Shown here: piece after piece, positions 29,539 through 38,286 of the stretch
Numbering within the stretch: position 1 is the first letter of the stretch
Layout: the number at the start of each line of letters is the position of its first letter
Notes under the pieces: generated by a model
Told to the model about the DNA's origin: nothing
Seen by the model: only the letters and a program-made list of their open reading frames with translations
Database searches by the model: none
Origin: Pseudomonadota bacterium
Lineage (GTDB): Bacteria; Myxococcota; JACRCW01; JAFGSX01
Assembly: GCA_043821645.1 (NCBI GenBank)
Contig: JBDRCO010000087.1
Coordinates: 192,001-256,000 of the forward strand
Direction: 5' to 3'
DNA: 64,000 nucleotides
Translations under genes and position numbers: made by a program

Positions 29539-29717
29539 GGGGCGTCGGGCGCCCCCTCCCCGTCGAGAGTGAATCTCGACGGGACCCCACCCTGCCAGCA
29601 CCGTCACGTCATCTCGCTCCTTGCGTCGCTCGATGCTGTTGGTTTTTTTGTCAGGGGCGTCGGGCGCCCCCTCCCCGTCGAGAGTGAATCTCGACGGGAC
29701 CCCACCCTGCCAGCACC
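29539..29717. repeat. Two identical 64-bp double-hairpin (REP/MITE-like) units, 115-bp period
   Basis: GGGGCGTCGGGCGCCCCCTCCCCGTCGAGAGTGAATCTCGACGGGACCCCACCCTGCCAGCACC at 29539-29602 and 29654-29717. Confidence 0.9.
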
Positions 29718-29850
29718 ATCCCGGTCATCTCGCTCCGACCTTGCACGGTTCTCGCCGAGGCCACGAGCTTGTCTTGGATCTTGGCCCCCCCCGCACAGAG
29801 GGAGGGTCGACGCGCTGGCAGCGTTGCGCCGCTTCGGCGATACTGCGCAC

Positions 29851-31635
29851 GTGAGCGCGACCCACATCGGCCCCTACCAGATCGTGCGTCCGCTGGCTCG
29901 TGGCGGCATGGGCGAGACCCTGATTGCCCGGGCGCCGGACGGCACCTTGGTGGTGCTCAAGCGTCTGCTCGAGCACCTGGCAGAGGATCTCGAGGCCGTG
30001 CGCTGCTTCCGCGAGGAGATCCGCATCGCGGGCCGTCTCGCGCACACCAACATCGTGCGCTTCATCGAGGTCATCGAGGACGCCGGGCAGCTGGTGCTGG
30101 TGCTCGAGTACGTCGACGGATGCTCGGCGCGGGACCTGGTGCTGGACGGACGCCGTCGCGGCGAGCCCATCCGTGTGGCCGAAGCCTGTGCCATCGTCGA
30201 AGGCGCGGCGCGCGGGCTGCACTTCGCGCATAGCCTGACCGACGACGCTGCCAATCCCATGGGTATGATCCATCGCGATGTCAGCCTGGCCAACCTCCTG
30301 ATCAGTCGCAGTGGCGAGGTCAAGGTCATCGACTTCGGCGTGGCCAAGGCCTGGGATGCCGAGGGGCGCACCGCCACCGGTATCGTCAAGGGCAAGGTCG
30401 GCTACATGTCGCCCGAGCACACGCGCTGCGAGCCTCTCGACGCACGCTCCGACGTGTTCTCGCTCGGTATCGTGCTGTGGGAACTGCTGGTCTGCGATCG
30501 CCTGTTCGTGGCCGATGGCCCGGTGGCGACGGCCTACCTGGTGCTCGAGTCCTCCATCGCCAAGCCTTCGGGGCGGCGGCCGGAGATCCCGGCGCGCATC
30601 GATGCGATCTGCATGCACGCCCTCGAGCGCGACCTCGAGAAACGCACCGGCAGCGCCCAGGAGCTGGCGCGCTCGCTGGCTCGGTGGCGCGAGGAGACCG
30701 ACGCCGAACTCGATCTCGGTGCGCTGGTCAGGCAGCGGTTTCCTGTGGGTCTTCCCGAGGCCAACGACGGTGCACCGACCCAGGTTGCGCGCGGGCGCGC
30801 CATCACCCACAGCAGCACCGATCTGGTCGGTTCCCGCGCGGTGGCGATGCCGCCGCCGCCGCCGGTTCCGGCCATGAGCCTGCCCATTGCGAACGAGCTG
30901 GACAACCCGGACCTGTCCCGCACCTTCTTCGATCAGCGAATCTCCTCGAGCATGCGCGGCGTGCGGCAGCGCAGCGCCGTGTGGCGGGTGATTCTGGCCG
31001 TGCTGGCCGTGGCCGTGATCGGGGCTGCCGTGTACGTGCAGTGGCTGGCGCCGCCACGGCGCGCTGGCCACGACGCCGCGGTGGCGGTGTTTTACTCGTA
31101 CCAGGACAGCACCGGAACCCAGGTCATCGTCGGCTCCCTGGCGCAGGTGCCACCCGAGCGTCGACCCTTTGCGCAACGCCTCGACCTCGGAGATGCGGCC
31201 TTGCACATCGAGCCTGGCGCCGGGCGAGACCCCGCAGAGATCAGGCGGGAACTCTCGAGGCTGTCCCGGAAACTCGGTGCCGGCTCGAGCTCGACCGCGG
31301 GCAGTGCGCGCGAGGTCCTGCTCGGTCTGGCGATACCGGTGGGTCTCATGCTGCTCCTGGCCGCCGTGCTGTTCGGGCTGGCATCGCGAGTCCGCGACGG
31401 CTTCGTGCGCTGGACCCTGCGGCTGCTGGTGTTGTTCGTGCTCGTGGTGGGGATGATAAGAAGCTTCAGCGACGGGATCCTGGGGCGTCCGGGTTTTCGT
31501 GCACTGCAGCGCGAGACCGCGTCCTTGCCCGTGGACAGGCTCGCCCCGGCCTTGCGTGAGGTGATACGACAGATGACGACCCGGCCGCCACCGGGTACGC
31601 TGGGTACGGTTCCGCCTGGTGTGGACCTTGACTAG
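29851..31635 (+). CDS. Membrane-anchored Ser/Thr protein kinase
   Basis: GTG start. ARGGMGE, VVLKR, HRDVSLAN, DFGVAK, YMSPE. Three TM-like segments in the C-terminal half. Confidence 0.9.
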   Translation: MSATHIGPYQIVRPLARGGMGETLIARAPDGTLVVLKRLLEHLAEDLEAVRCFREEIRIAGRLAHTNIVRFIEVIEDAGQLVLVLEYVDGCSARDLVLDGRRRGEPIRVAEACAIVEGAARGLHFAHSLTDDAANPMGMIHRDVSLANLLISRSGEVKVIDFGVAKAWDAEGRTATGIVKGKVGYMSPEHTRCEPLDARSDVFSLGIVLWELLVCDRLFVADGPVATAYLVLESSIAKPSGRRPEIPARIDAICMHALERDLEKRTGSAQELARSLARWREETDAELDLGALVRQRFPVGLPEANDGAPTQVARGRAITHSSTDLVGSRAVAMPPPPPVPAMSLPIANELDNPDLSRTFFDQRISSSMRGVRQRSAVWRVILAVLAVAVIGAAVYVQWLAPPRRAGHDAAVAVFYSYQDSTGTQVIVGSLAQVPPERRPFAQRLDLGDAALHIEPGAGRDPAEIRRELSRLSRKLGAGSSSTAGSAREVLLGLAIPVGLMLLLAAVLFGLASRVRDGFVRWTLRLLVLFVLVVGMIRSFSDGILGRPGFRALQRETASLPVDRLAPALREVIRQMTTRPPPGTLGTVPPGVDLD

Positions 31636-31737
31636 GTACGGTTGCGAGGTCCGGCGAAAGAGGGCGGGGGAACCGGCGGCTGCACGGGTGCGAGTGCGGC
31701 GCAACAGCCGCTCACCGTCGAGGATCGGAGGCCTGGC

Positions 31738-31989
31738 ATGCGTGTCCTGATGTGTTCGGTGGTGCTCGGGGTGGTACTGGCGACAGGTTGCAGCTTCCAG
31801 GCGCAGCAGTGCTGTGACTGCATGGCGACCAAGAGCACGGTGTTCGGCGAATGCATGAAGGACACCATGGACAGCTGCGTCGACGAGCTCTCCAAGTCGC
31901 CGCCCAACGTCGATGCCATCTCGCCCCTGTGCCGGGACGAGGAGAACTTCTGCCCGGATTCCTGTGCTGACGTGCTGTACAAGAAATGA
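31738..31989 (+). CDS. Small Cys-rich lipoprotein
   Basis: GGAGG RBS, MRVLMCSVVLGVVLATGC lipobox, CCDC...C...C...C..C...C. Confidence 0.65.
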   Translation: MRVLMCSVVLGVVLATGCSFQAQQCCDCMATKSTVFGECMKDTMDSCVDELSKSPPNVDAISPLCRDEENFCPDSCADVLYKK

Positions 31990-32034
31990 CCGCGTGGCCG
32001 CGGCCCGGCGCTCGGCCCGCCCAGGGAGCATGAC

Positions 32035-32316
32035 GTGGCAACCATCATCACCGAGGAATGCATCAACTGCGGCGCCTGCGAGACGGAGTGTCCAACCCAG
32101 GCCATCGCCGAGAGCACCGAGATCTACCTGGTGGACTCGGCACTGTGTTGCGAGTGCGTCGGCTACTTCGACGAGCTGGCCTGCGCTGCGGTGTGCCCCG
32201 TGGACTGCTGCGTGGTGGACACCAAGCACCCGGAGTCCAAGGAGCAGCTGCTGGCCAAGGCCCGTCAGGCGAGTCCAGAGCGCGAGTTTGGCCCGGACGC
32301 TCCGTCGCACATCTGA
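32035..32316 (+). CDS. YfhL-family 2x[4Fe-4S] ferredoxin
   Basis: CINCGACETECP and CCECVGYFDELACAAVCPVDC. Confidence 0.92.
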   Translation: MATIITEECINCGACETECPTQAIAESTEIYLVDSALCCECVGYFDELACAAVCPVDCCVVDTKHPESKEQLLAKARQASPEREFGPDAPSHI

Positions 32317-32610
32317 GCTCGCTGCCGCCGCCAGGTCTTTCTCATCTCGCTGCCAGATTTGCTGTCAACATGGTGCCACTCCAAGCAAGCGACCCGAGGG
32401 GCTGCTGCTGAGGGAAAACCGAGCTGATCGACAGGACAAAGAGACCACAGCGCGTGGCTAATTTGCCATAATCCTAATTATTTAATATAATTAGGTTAAT
32501 TTTCTAGCGACAGATAGATATGGTTACTTTGCCCCGGCGGCCGCAAATCCGCAAAGATCCTGCAGAAGAATATATAATGATTTCAATTCTATCGGCTCTA
32601 TTACCAATTC

Positions 32611-32626
32611 TGGCACGTACCCTGCT
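32611..32626 (+). promoter_or_regulatory. Sigma54 (-24/-12) promoter
   Basis: TGGCACG-TACC-CTGCT against consensus TGGCACG-N4-TTGCW. Preceded by a strongly AT-rich tract. Confidence 0.8.
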
Positions 32627-32636
32627 TAAGAAAGAC

Positions 32637-32789
32637 CCGTACACGGAAGCGCGGTTCAAACTGGACTACCCCCCCCGGTCCTACCGAACAAGCGACCCGT
32701 GACAGGGTGCAAGTCACCTTGGAAGGCGTCGTCGCCAGTTTCCGGTGCTCCCCCCCCACCGGCCTGACGCGACGCCTTCCGCTTTTTTT
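32637..32789 (+). ncRNA. Candidate ~150-nt small RNA with two C8 loops (Pxr-like architecture)
   Basis: Lies between the sigma54 promoter and an intrinsic terminator with no credible ORF. Hairpins GGAC-TACCCCCCCCG-GTCC, GTGAC..GTCAC and CCGGTG-CTCCCCCCC-CACCGG. Confidence 0.65.
32721..32789 (+). terminator. Intrinsic terminator-like long hairpin plus U7
   Basis: GGAAGGCGTCG (32721-32731) pairs with CGACGCCTTCC (32770-32780), followed by T7 (32783-32789). Confidence 0.75.
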
Positions 32790-32818
32790 GGGCTCAGTTT
32801 CCTAGCAGCTTGGTTTTC

Positions 32819-33424
32819 TTATCCCGCATCGCCCGGACGCGGGCAGCGATGAGTCTGCAGATTGCAGGTTCGTCCCTCGCAGTGCGAGCTATCGAAGCAC
32901 TCGACGCAGAGCAGCTGAGGTGAGCAGTAGGGCTGCGCCTCGGGGCAGTGGCCGCACAGCCCTGCATCCTCCGCCGCGCGATCGTCGCCGACGCTGCGAT
33001 CGGGCGGTACCGCCGCATCCATGTCCCTGTCCCCGGCCTCGTCGCAGGTCGGCAGGTCTGCCACCACGTGATCTGCACGCTGCGCGTCGCTCTGTGTCGC
33101 AGCGTCGGTAAGCTGGGTGTCCGGCGAAGAGCGGTCAGGTGACGAGCTGTCCACCCCGCTCGCGTGGTCCGTGCCTCCGTTGACATCGGGTCGCGCGGTA
33201 TCGGGGCGGGGCCCGTCCACGGTGCTGCTGTCCGGGAGCGAGACATCGGCCGCACGGGCGTCGCGGGTCAGACATAGACCCGTGGCGAGGTCGCAGCTGG
33301 AGTAGCCGGGGCAGTCCAGGTCGCTGCCACAGGCGTTGGCCGCCGGTGTTGCCGGACATCCGAGTTGGATCATGATGCCCCACGCGGCGAAGGGGAGGAT
33401 CCGACGAAGGTGCCATGGTGCCAC
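32819..33424 (-). CDS. Cys-rich lipoprotein with Asp/Ser-rich linker
   Basis: Lipobox-like QLGC, CGSDLDC..C..GLC, D-rich spacer, C-terminal CVECFDSSHC. Start uncertain. Confidence 0.55.
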   Translation of the reverse strand: MAPWHLRRILPFAAWGIMIQLGCPATPAANACGSDLDCPGYSSCDLATGLCLTRDARAADVSLPDSSTVDGPRPDTARPDVNGGTDHASGVDSSSPDRSSPDTQLTDAATQSDAQRADHVVADLPTCDEAGDRDMDAAVPPDRSVGDDRAAEDAGLCGHCPEAQPYCSPQLLCVECFDSSHCEGRTCNLQTHRCPRPGDAG

Positions 33425-33558
33425 GGTGCGCTCCTGACAAAAAAGCAGCCACGCAGGAAGTCTACCAGCCGCGCGCCAGCTGCACAGGTCTCGCCATTGC
33501 CGCATGGCGTGAATCGCGATAGGTCAGGATTCTCACGCCCTGAGCCGCGAGGTCTGAC

Positions 33559-34497
33559 ATGAAGGCGCACATCCTGCTGATCGAGGACAGCGCAAGCCAG
33601 GCCGAGCACACGCTCAAGTTGCTGGCGGACATCGGCTATGACACGACCTGGGCTCGGGGTGGGCTCGAGGGCCTGAAGATGGCCCAGACCGAGAGGCCCG
33701 ATCTGATCTTGCTCGATGTGGTGATGGAGGACATGGACGGCTACGCCGTGTGCCGCTGGCTCAAGATGCAAGAAGCGACCCGTGATACCCCGGTCATCAT
33801 GCTGACTGTTCGGGATGAGGTGGCGTCTCGTGTCGAGGGCCTGAATGTCGGCGCCGACGACTACCTGCCCAAGCCCTTCGATGCGCGCGAGCTCGAGGCG
33901 CGCATCTTTGCCGCGCTGCGTGCCAAGGGCCATCTCGACGAGCTCAAGCGGCGTGCCGACGATCTCGAGGGTTTGCTTCACCGGGTCGAGTCCATGGCCA
34001 TCACGGATGCCCTCACCGGTCTGTACAACAGGCGCCGCTTCAGTGATGTGCTGCGGCGAGAGGTGGCCACCGCCCGGCGCTACAAGAACCCCCTGAGCTG
34101 CATGCTCATCGACATCGATCACTTCAAGCGGGTCAACGACGCCCATGGCCACGACGCCGGAGACAAGGTCCTCAAGGGCTTCTCGACCCTGCTGCTATCC
34201 AACGTGCGCGAGGTCGATGTGCCCGTGCGTTACGGTGGCGAGGAGTTTGCCGTCCTGATGCCGCAGACCAGCAAGAGCGGTGCCCTGATCGTGGCGGAGC
34301 GCATCCGCAATCGTACGCGCGAACACAGCTTCGACGCAGGTGTGGCCCAGGTCTCCTTCTCGCTGAGCATAGGCATCGCGGATGTCGACGACATGCGCAG
34401 TGACAACGAGGAGGAGCTGGTGCTGGCCTCGGACTCTGCGCTGTACCAGGCCAAGATCCAGGGACGAGACCGCGTGCACTTGTATGTCGCCGGCTGA
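33559..34497 (+). CDS. Response-regulator diguanylate cyclase (REC-GGDEF)
   Basis: IED/LLD(P)/KP receiver motifs, DALTGLYNRR, DIDHFKRVND, RxxD I-site (REVD), GGEEF. Confidence 0.95.
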   Translation: MKAHILLIEDSASQAEHTLKLLADIGYDTTWARGGLEGLKMAQTERPDLILLDVVMEDMDGYAVCRWLKMQEATRDTPVIMLTVRDEVASRVEGLNVGADDYLPKPFDARELEARIFAALRAKGHLDELKRRADDLEGLLHRVESMAITDALTGLYNRRRFSDVLRREVATARRYKNPLSCMLIDIDHFKRVNDAHGHDAGDKVLKGFSTLLLSNVREVDVPVRYGGEEFAVLMPQTSKSGALIVAERIRNRTREHSFDAGVAQVSFSLSIGIADVDDMRSDNEEELVLASDSALYQAKIQGRDRVHLYVAG

Positions 34498-34505
34498 GTC
34501 CGCTG

Positions 34506-36575
34506 TCAGGACGCTCCCTCTCGCCCCGGTGTGCTGCGTTCGCTTGCGACGATCCACCCCAGGGCCAGGGCCGCGAGCGCGAGCAGCACGGCGCCGGTCC
34601 AGGTCGTGCCCAGGATCAGCTCACCCAGCCCGAACAGCGCACCGAACACCGCGACTGCGCCTGCCACGAAGCGCCAGGCCATGGGTCTGAGCGGATCGCT
34701 CGGGGCCTCGCGCAAGCCTGCCCAGCCAGGTCCGGGTGGACGCACCCGGCGTGCAAAGCCCCGCAGCACGGCGTCGTCATTGCGCGGTCCCCACAGTGAC
34801 ACCGGGATCCACGCGGCCAGGCTGGCGCCGGCGACCAGCAGCAGCTGCAGCCAGCCCGAGACCTCGACCAGGAACAGTGGATTGTGCCCGCCGAAGAGCG
34901 TCGGTGTGCAAAAGAGTTGCAGTCCCAGGGCGAGCACCGTGGTGACGATCAGGGCCGCGAACTCGGCGTGGGGCGTGACGCGGCTCCAGTACCAGCGCAC
35001 GGCACTCACCGAGCCCAGGCCGGCTCCGATCATGATCAGGAAGGTCCACACCGCTGCGATGCTCTCGATGACCAGCGCGGCCCCACCTGCCACCGCAGCC
35101 ATACCGACGATGCAGAGGCGGCTGACCAGGACCGCGCGTTGCTCGTCGACACCGGGGTGGATGAAGCGCTGGTACACGTCGCGCACGAGGTAGCTGGCGC
35201 CCCAGTTGGTATGGGTGTCGATGGTACTCATGAAGGCGGCGAGCAGGCTGGCGATGACCAGTCCAAGCAAGCCGACGGGCAAGAAACGTCCCATGATCAA
35301 GGGGTACGCCAGCTCGCGATCTGCCAGCTGGACAGCCAGTCCCTCCCCCTGCCAGCGCTGGCCGCTCGCGGTATCCTCGACCACCACCGTGCTGATGGCA
35401 CTCGTCGAGAAACCGCCAAAAAGCGCGACCTGGTGACCGCTGGCGTCCTCGCGCAGAGGGTGCTGCTGGTCGAGCACGCGGATCAGACTGCCCGGGGGAG
35501 CACCCTCCACCACGAGCTCGCCACCGCGGATGAGGTCGAGGCTGCCCGGGCGGACCGTGACCTGTGTGCCCGGGCCCTCGAGGATCAGCGCGGCCGGGGG
35601 TGTCAGCGAGAGCTGCGGATAGATCACCAGTGCAGCGAGCCCGACCAGGATCCACGGCCAGGGGCGCAGCGCGTTGTGGGCGATCGAGAACCACAGGGCC
35701 GCTCCCTGGGCGTGGCCCTCGTTCTTGCACGCGGCGAGGCGCTGCACGATGTAGCCATTGCCCTCGGCGTAGCGCCACCAGCCCACGAAGAGCAAGACCA
35801 CGAACAGCACGAAGGGCGTGGTCGGGTGGTCCAGTCCCGGAGCGAAGGCCAGCACGTCCTGCAGCTCCTGCCCTCCGGCGCGAAGGCTACGGTCAAGGGC
35901 GGGGAGCAAACCCGAGCCCGAACCTCCCGCGGGATTGCCCAAACCGCCCATGTCGTCGACGACCAGCACGGCGAGGACAATGGCGCCGGCCATGCCCAGG
36001 GCAAACTGGACCAGGTCCGACGCCACCACCGAGTGAAAGCCGCCCAGCACCGTATAGGCCACGGCGACGGTCACACACAGCACGATCACGAGAAGTGCCG
36101 GTACGTCGAAGAAGGCCTGGCTGATCTTCACCATGGCCTTGATGACCCAGGCCATGGTCAGGCAGTTGATGAACAGTCCGAAGTACAGAGCCTTGACCGC
36201 GCGCAACACCGCCGCGGGTCGTCCGCCATAGCGCAACTCGGTGATCTCGGCGTCGGTGATCACGCCCGAGCGCCGCCACAGGCGTGCAAAGAAGAAGGTC
36301 GAGGTCAGGTGCGCGATGGCCCAGCTCCACCACAGCCAGTTGCCTGCGATGCCGCCCGTCGCCACGATGCCCGTGACTGCCAGTGGCGTGTCTGCTGCAA
36401 AGGTGGTGGCGACGATGGAGGTGCCGGCGAGCCACCAGGGAAGGTCCCGCTGGCCCACGAAGAAGGTGTCCACGCCCTGGCCGGCGCGGCGCGCGTACCA
36501 GGCGCCGAGCACCAGCACGAAGACCACGTACGCGCCGATGATGAGCCAGTCGAGCAGGTGCAGGGTCGCGGTCAT
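34506..36575 (-). CDS. Sodium:solute symporter (SSS) family protein with inserted soluble domain
   Basis: LPWWLAGTSIVATTFAADTPL, GNWLWW, ELRYGG, AAFMST, NWGASYLVRD, RWYW. Confidence 0.9.
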   Translation of the reverse strand: MTATLHLLDWLIIGAYVVFVLVLGAWYARRAGQGVDTFFVGQRDLPWWLAGTSIVATTFAADTPLAVTGIVATGGIAGNWLWWSWAIAHLTSTFFFARLWRRSGVITDAEITELRYGGRPAAVLRAVKALYFGLFINCLTMAWVIKAMVKISQAFFDVPALLVIVLCVTVAVAYTVLGGFHSVVASDLVQFALGMAGAIVLAVLVVDDMGGLGNPAGGSGSGLLPALDRSLRAGGQELQDVLAFAPGLDHPTTPFVLFVVLLFVGWWRYAEGNGYIVQRLAACKNEGHAQGAALWFSIAHNALRPWPWILVGLAALVIYPQLSLTPPAALILEGPGTQVTVRPGSLDLIRGGELVVEGAPPGSLIRVLDQQHPLREDASGHQVALFGGFSTSAISTVVVEDTASGQRWQGEGLAVQLADRELAYPLIMGRFLPVGLLGLVIASLLAAFMSTIDTHTNWGASYLVRDVYQRFIHPGVDEQRAVLVSRLCIVGMAAVAGGAALVIESIAAVWTFLIMIGAGLGSVSAVRWYWSRVTPHAEFAALIVTTVLALGLQLFCTPTLFGGHNPLFLVEVSGWLQLLLVAGASLAAWIPVSLWGPRNDDAVLRGFARRVRPPGPGWAGLREAPSDPLRPMAWRFVAGAVAVFGALFGLGELILGTTWTGAVLLALAALALGWIVASERSTPGREGAS

Positions 36576-36650
36576 GGCGAGAGGTTGTAGCGGGCTGGGG
36601 AGGGTCGGGGCAACCCCTGCCTGGTCCGCCGACGGGCCCGGGTGCGGACC

Positions 36651-37289
36651 TCAACGATAGATGGCGTCGCCGATCTGGATCTCGTCGACCCACACGATCT
36701 CGCACGCACCGTTGCCCGAGTCGTCGCGGCTGGTGGACGAGGTGGCCAGGCTTCTCCCGTCGCTATCCTGGATGGTCACCAGGTAGCCGTCGATGCGGAC
36801 GCGGTCGCCCTTGCTCACCCACTTCAGTGCCCGGTCCAGGTTGGGATTGCGGTCGCCGGGGATCAGGTGATTGTTGCCGATGCTGCGGGTGATGGCCTGG
36901 ACCTCGTCGGCAGGCGGCATGGTCGGGCTGCGCCAGAACAGGTAGCGGCCGTTCTGACTGAACTTGTACTTCCCCAGAAACTCATCGATGCGTGGGCCCC
37001 AGATCAGACCGAGGTCCACGTCGTAGAAGTCCGTGGCGAAGGCGATGTTGTAGGTCGCCGCACTGAGCACCTGGCCCTGGACCTGGTAGCGGTGGTGTTT
37101 CTCGATGACGAAGTCGCGGCCGTCACGGCGCACGGTGACGCGCTCGGGAACGGTCAGCTTCTCCTGCCGGGGTTCGGCCGTGACGTCGATGGCAGGACCG
37201 GCGCCGCTCGACGAGGGGCGCATGTACACCCAGCGATACAGGCCGTAGCCCGCAAGCAGCACACAGAGAAAGACCACTGCTCGACTCAT
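36651..37289 (-). CDS. Conserved hypothetical protein, N-terminal TM anchor
   Basis: VDLGLIWG, SQNGRY, NNHLIP, GYLV, SSTSRDDSGNGACE. Starts 10 nt after the gspN stop. Confidence 0.7.
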   Translation of the reverse strand: MSRAVVFLCVLLAGYGLYRWVYMRPSSSGAGPAIDVTAEPRQEKLTVPERVTVRRDGRDFVIEKHHRYQVQGQVLSAATYNIAFATDFYDVDLGLIWGPRIDEFLGKYKFSQNGRYLFWRSPTMPPADEVQAITRSIGNNHLIPGDRNPNLDRALKWVSKGDRVRIDGYLVTIQDSDGRSLATSSTSRDDSGNGACEIVWVDEIQIGDAIYR

Positions 37290-37299
37290 CGCGGGCGCC

Positions 37300-38277
37300 T
37301 CAGTTGACCTTGGCCTTGGGATCGGGCACCGGGCGCAGGCTGGCGAGGGAGCCCGCGAGCTTGAAGTGGTAGCTACCGTCCTTGTCCTTGGCGCGCTTGA
37401 GCTGCGGTGTGAAGTCGAGGATGGGCTGGAACTTCTCGTTGGCCTTGAGGAAGGCCTCGGCCAGCCTGAACTCGAGGGCGCCGGCCGCGGTCGAGCGACC
37501 GAGGGGGCTGCGCAGGGTCAGGGTCAGGTCGCTGGCGACTTCCACATCCTTGCCCTTGAGGCCCGCAGGTTTGACCCGGGCCTTGCCGTCAGCGACCTCC
37601 ACCTGCACGTCGAGCACGCCGAGGTCGATGGCCGGGACCGTGAGGCCGCCGGTGAGGCCGGGAATCTTGAACTCGCCGGGTCCGAGCACGTGCCCCTGGC
37701 CCTGGAGCACGATGGTGCCCTTGGCCTCCTTGGGGTCCTTGCCCAGCTTGAGGTCCACCGTGCCGCCGATCAGGCCCTCGAGGGGCACTCCCAGGGCAGC
37801 CAGGACCACCGGGACCTTTCCCACGGCCACGCCTTCGAGCTCCGCATCCAGCTCGGCCAGGTTCTGGTCGACGACGAGCGCGCTGCCACTCAGGTTGCCG
37901 TCGTAGAGATCGACATCGAAGCCGACGCGCTGGTGTCCGAGGATCAGGGGCAGCAGCTGCAAGCGGGCCCGGGCGCGGTCGAACTCCCAGGTCGGGCCAG
38001 GGTCTGGTTCGGTGGTGGCGAGGCGCACCGACAGGCGCGTCAGCTCGAGGCCGGTCAGCCTGTAGATGTCGACACGCTCGATCTGCACTTCGGCCTGGGT
38101 GCCGTAACGTCCAGGCTGGGGGCCTGCCTGCTGCACGGCCTTTTGCAGCATATCGACGACGCGAGGCTTGATGGCCGACATGGGAAAGGTCAGGTACAGC
38201 GAGATCACGAAGCACAGGCCAAAGAACCCGGCATAGCCGAGCATCCGGAGCCAGCGAGGGGAAGTCCGGTCGGTCAT
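37300..38277 (-). CDS. gspN: Type II secretion system protein GspN
   Basis: N-terminal TM with YLTFP, beta-rich body, last position in the gsp operon. Confidence 0.8.
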   Translation of the reverse strand: MTDRTSPRWLRMLGYAGFFGLCFVISLYLTFPMSAIKPRVVDMLQKAVQQAGPQPGRYGTQAEVQIERVDIYRLTGLELTRLSVRLATTEPDPGPTWEFDRARARLQLLPLILGHQRVGFDVDLYDGNLSGSALVVDQNLAELDAELEGVAVGKVPVVLAALGVPLEGLIGGTVDLKLGKDPKEAKGTIVLQGQGHVLGPGEFKIPGLTGGLTVPAIDLGVLDVQVEVADGKARVKPAGLKGKDVEVASDLTLTLRSPLGRSTAAGALEFRLAEAFLKANEKFQPILDFTPQLKRAKDKDGSYHFKLAGSLASLRPVPDPKAKVN

Positions 38278-38286
38278 GACAGCTCC

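Noticed and set aside
29539-29717. CRISPR array
   Set aside because: Only two units, the 64-bp repeat is too long, the regions after each copy are partly similar to each other, and no cas genes are in the window.
29725-32310. 861-aa minus-strand ORF (and similar long ORFs at 48019-50547, 10007-11692, 34884-36590, 4926-6563)
   Set aside because: Antisense shadows of real genes, expected from high-GC codon bias. No motifs.
32461-32488. dif (XerC/XerD) site ATTTGCCATAA-TCCTAA-TTATTTAATAT
   Set aside because: The XerD arm matches only 8/11 in an AT-rich tract where chance matches are likely. It is better explained by the overlapping 9-bp palindrome upstream of a sigma54 promoter.
32520-32702. 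60-aa ORF over the sigma54 promoter
   Set aside because: Atypical AT-rich codons, no RBS, and it runs through the promoter and RNA hairpins.
29448-33500. Genomic island integrated at tRNA-Pro
   Set aside because: No integrase and no duplicated tRNA 3' end (att) found. Downstream genes have host-like codon usage.
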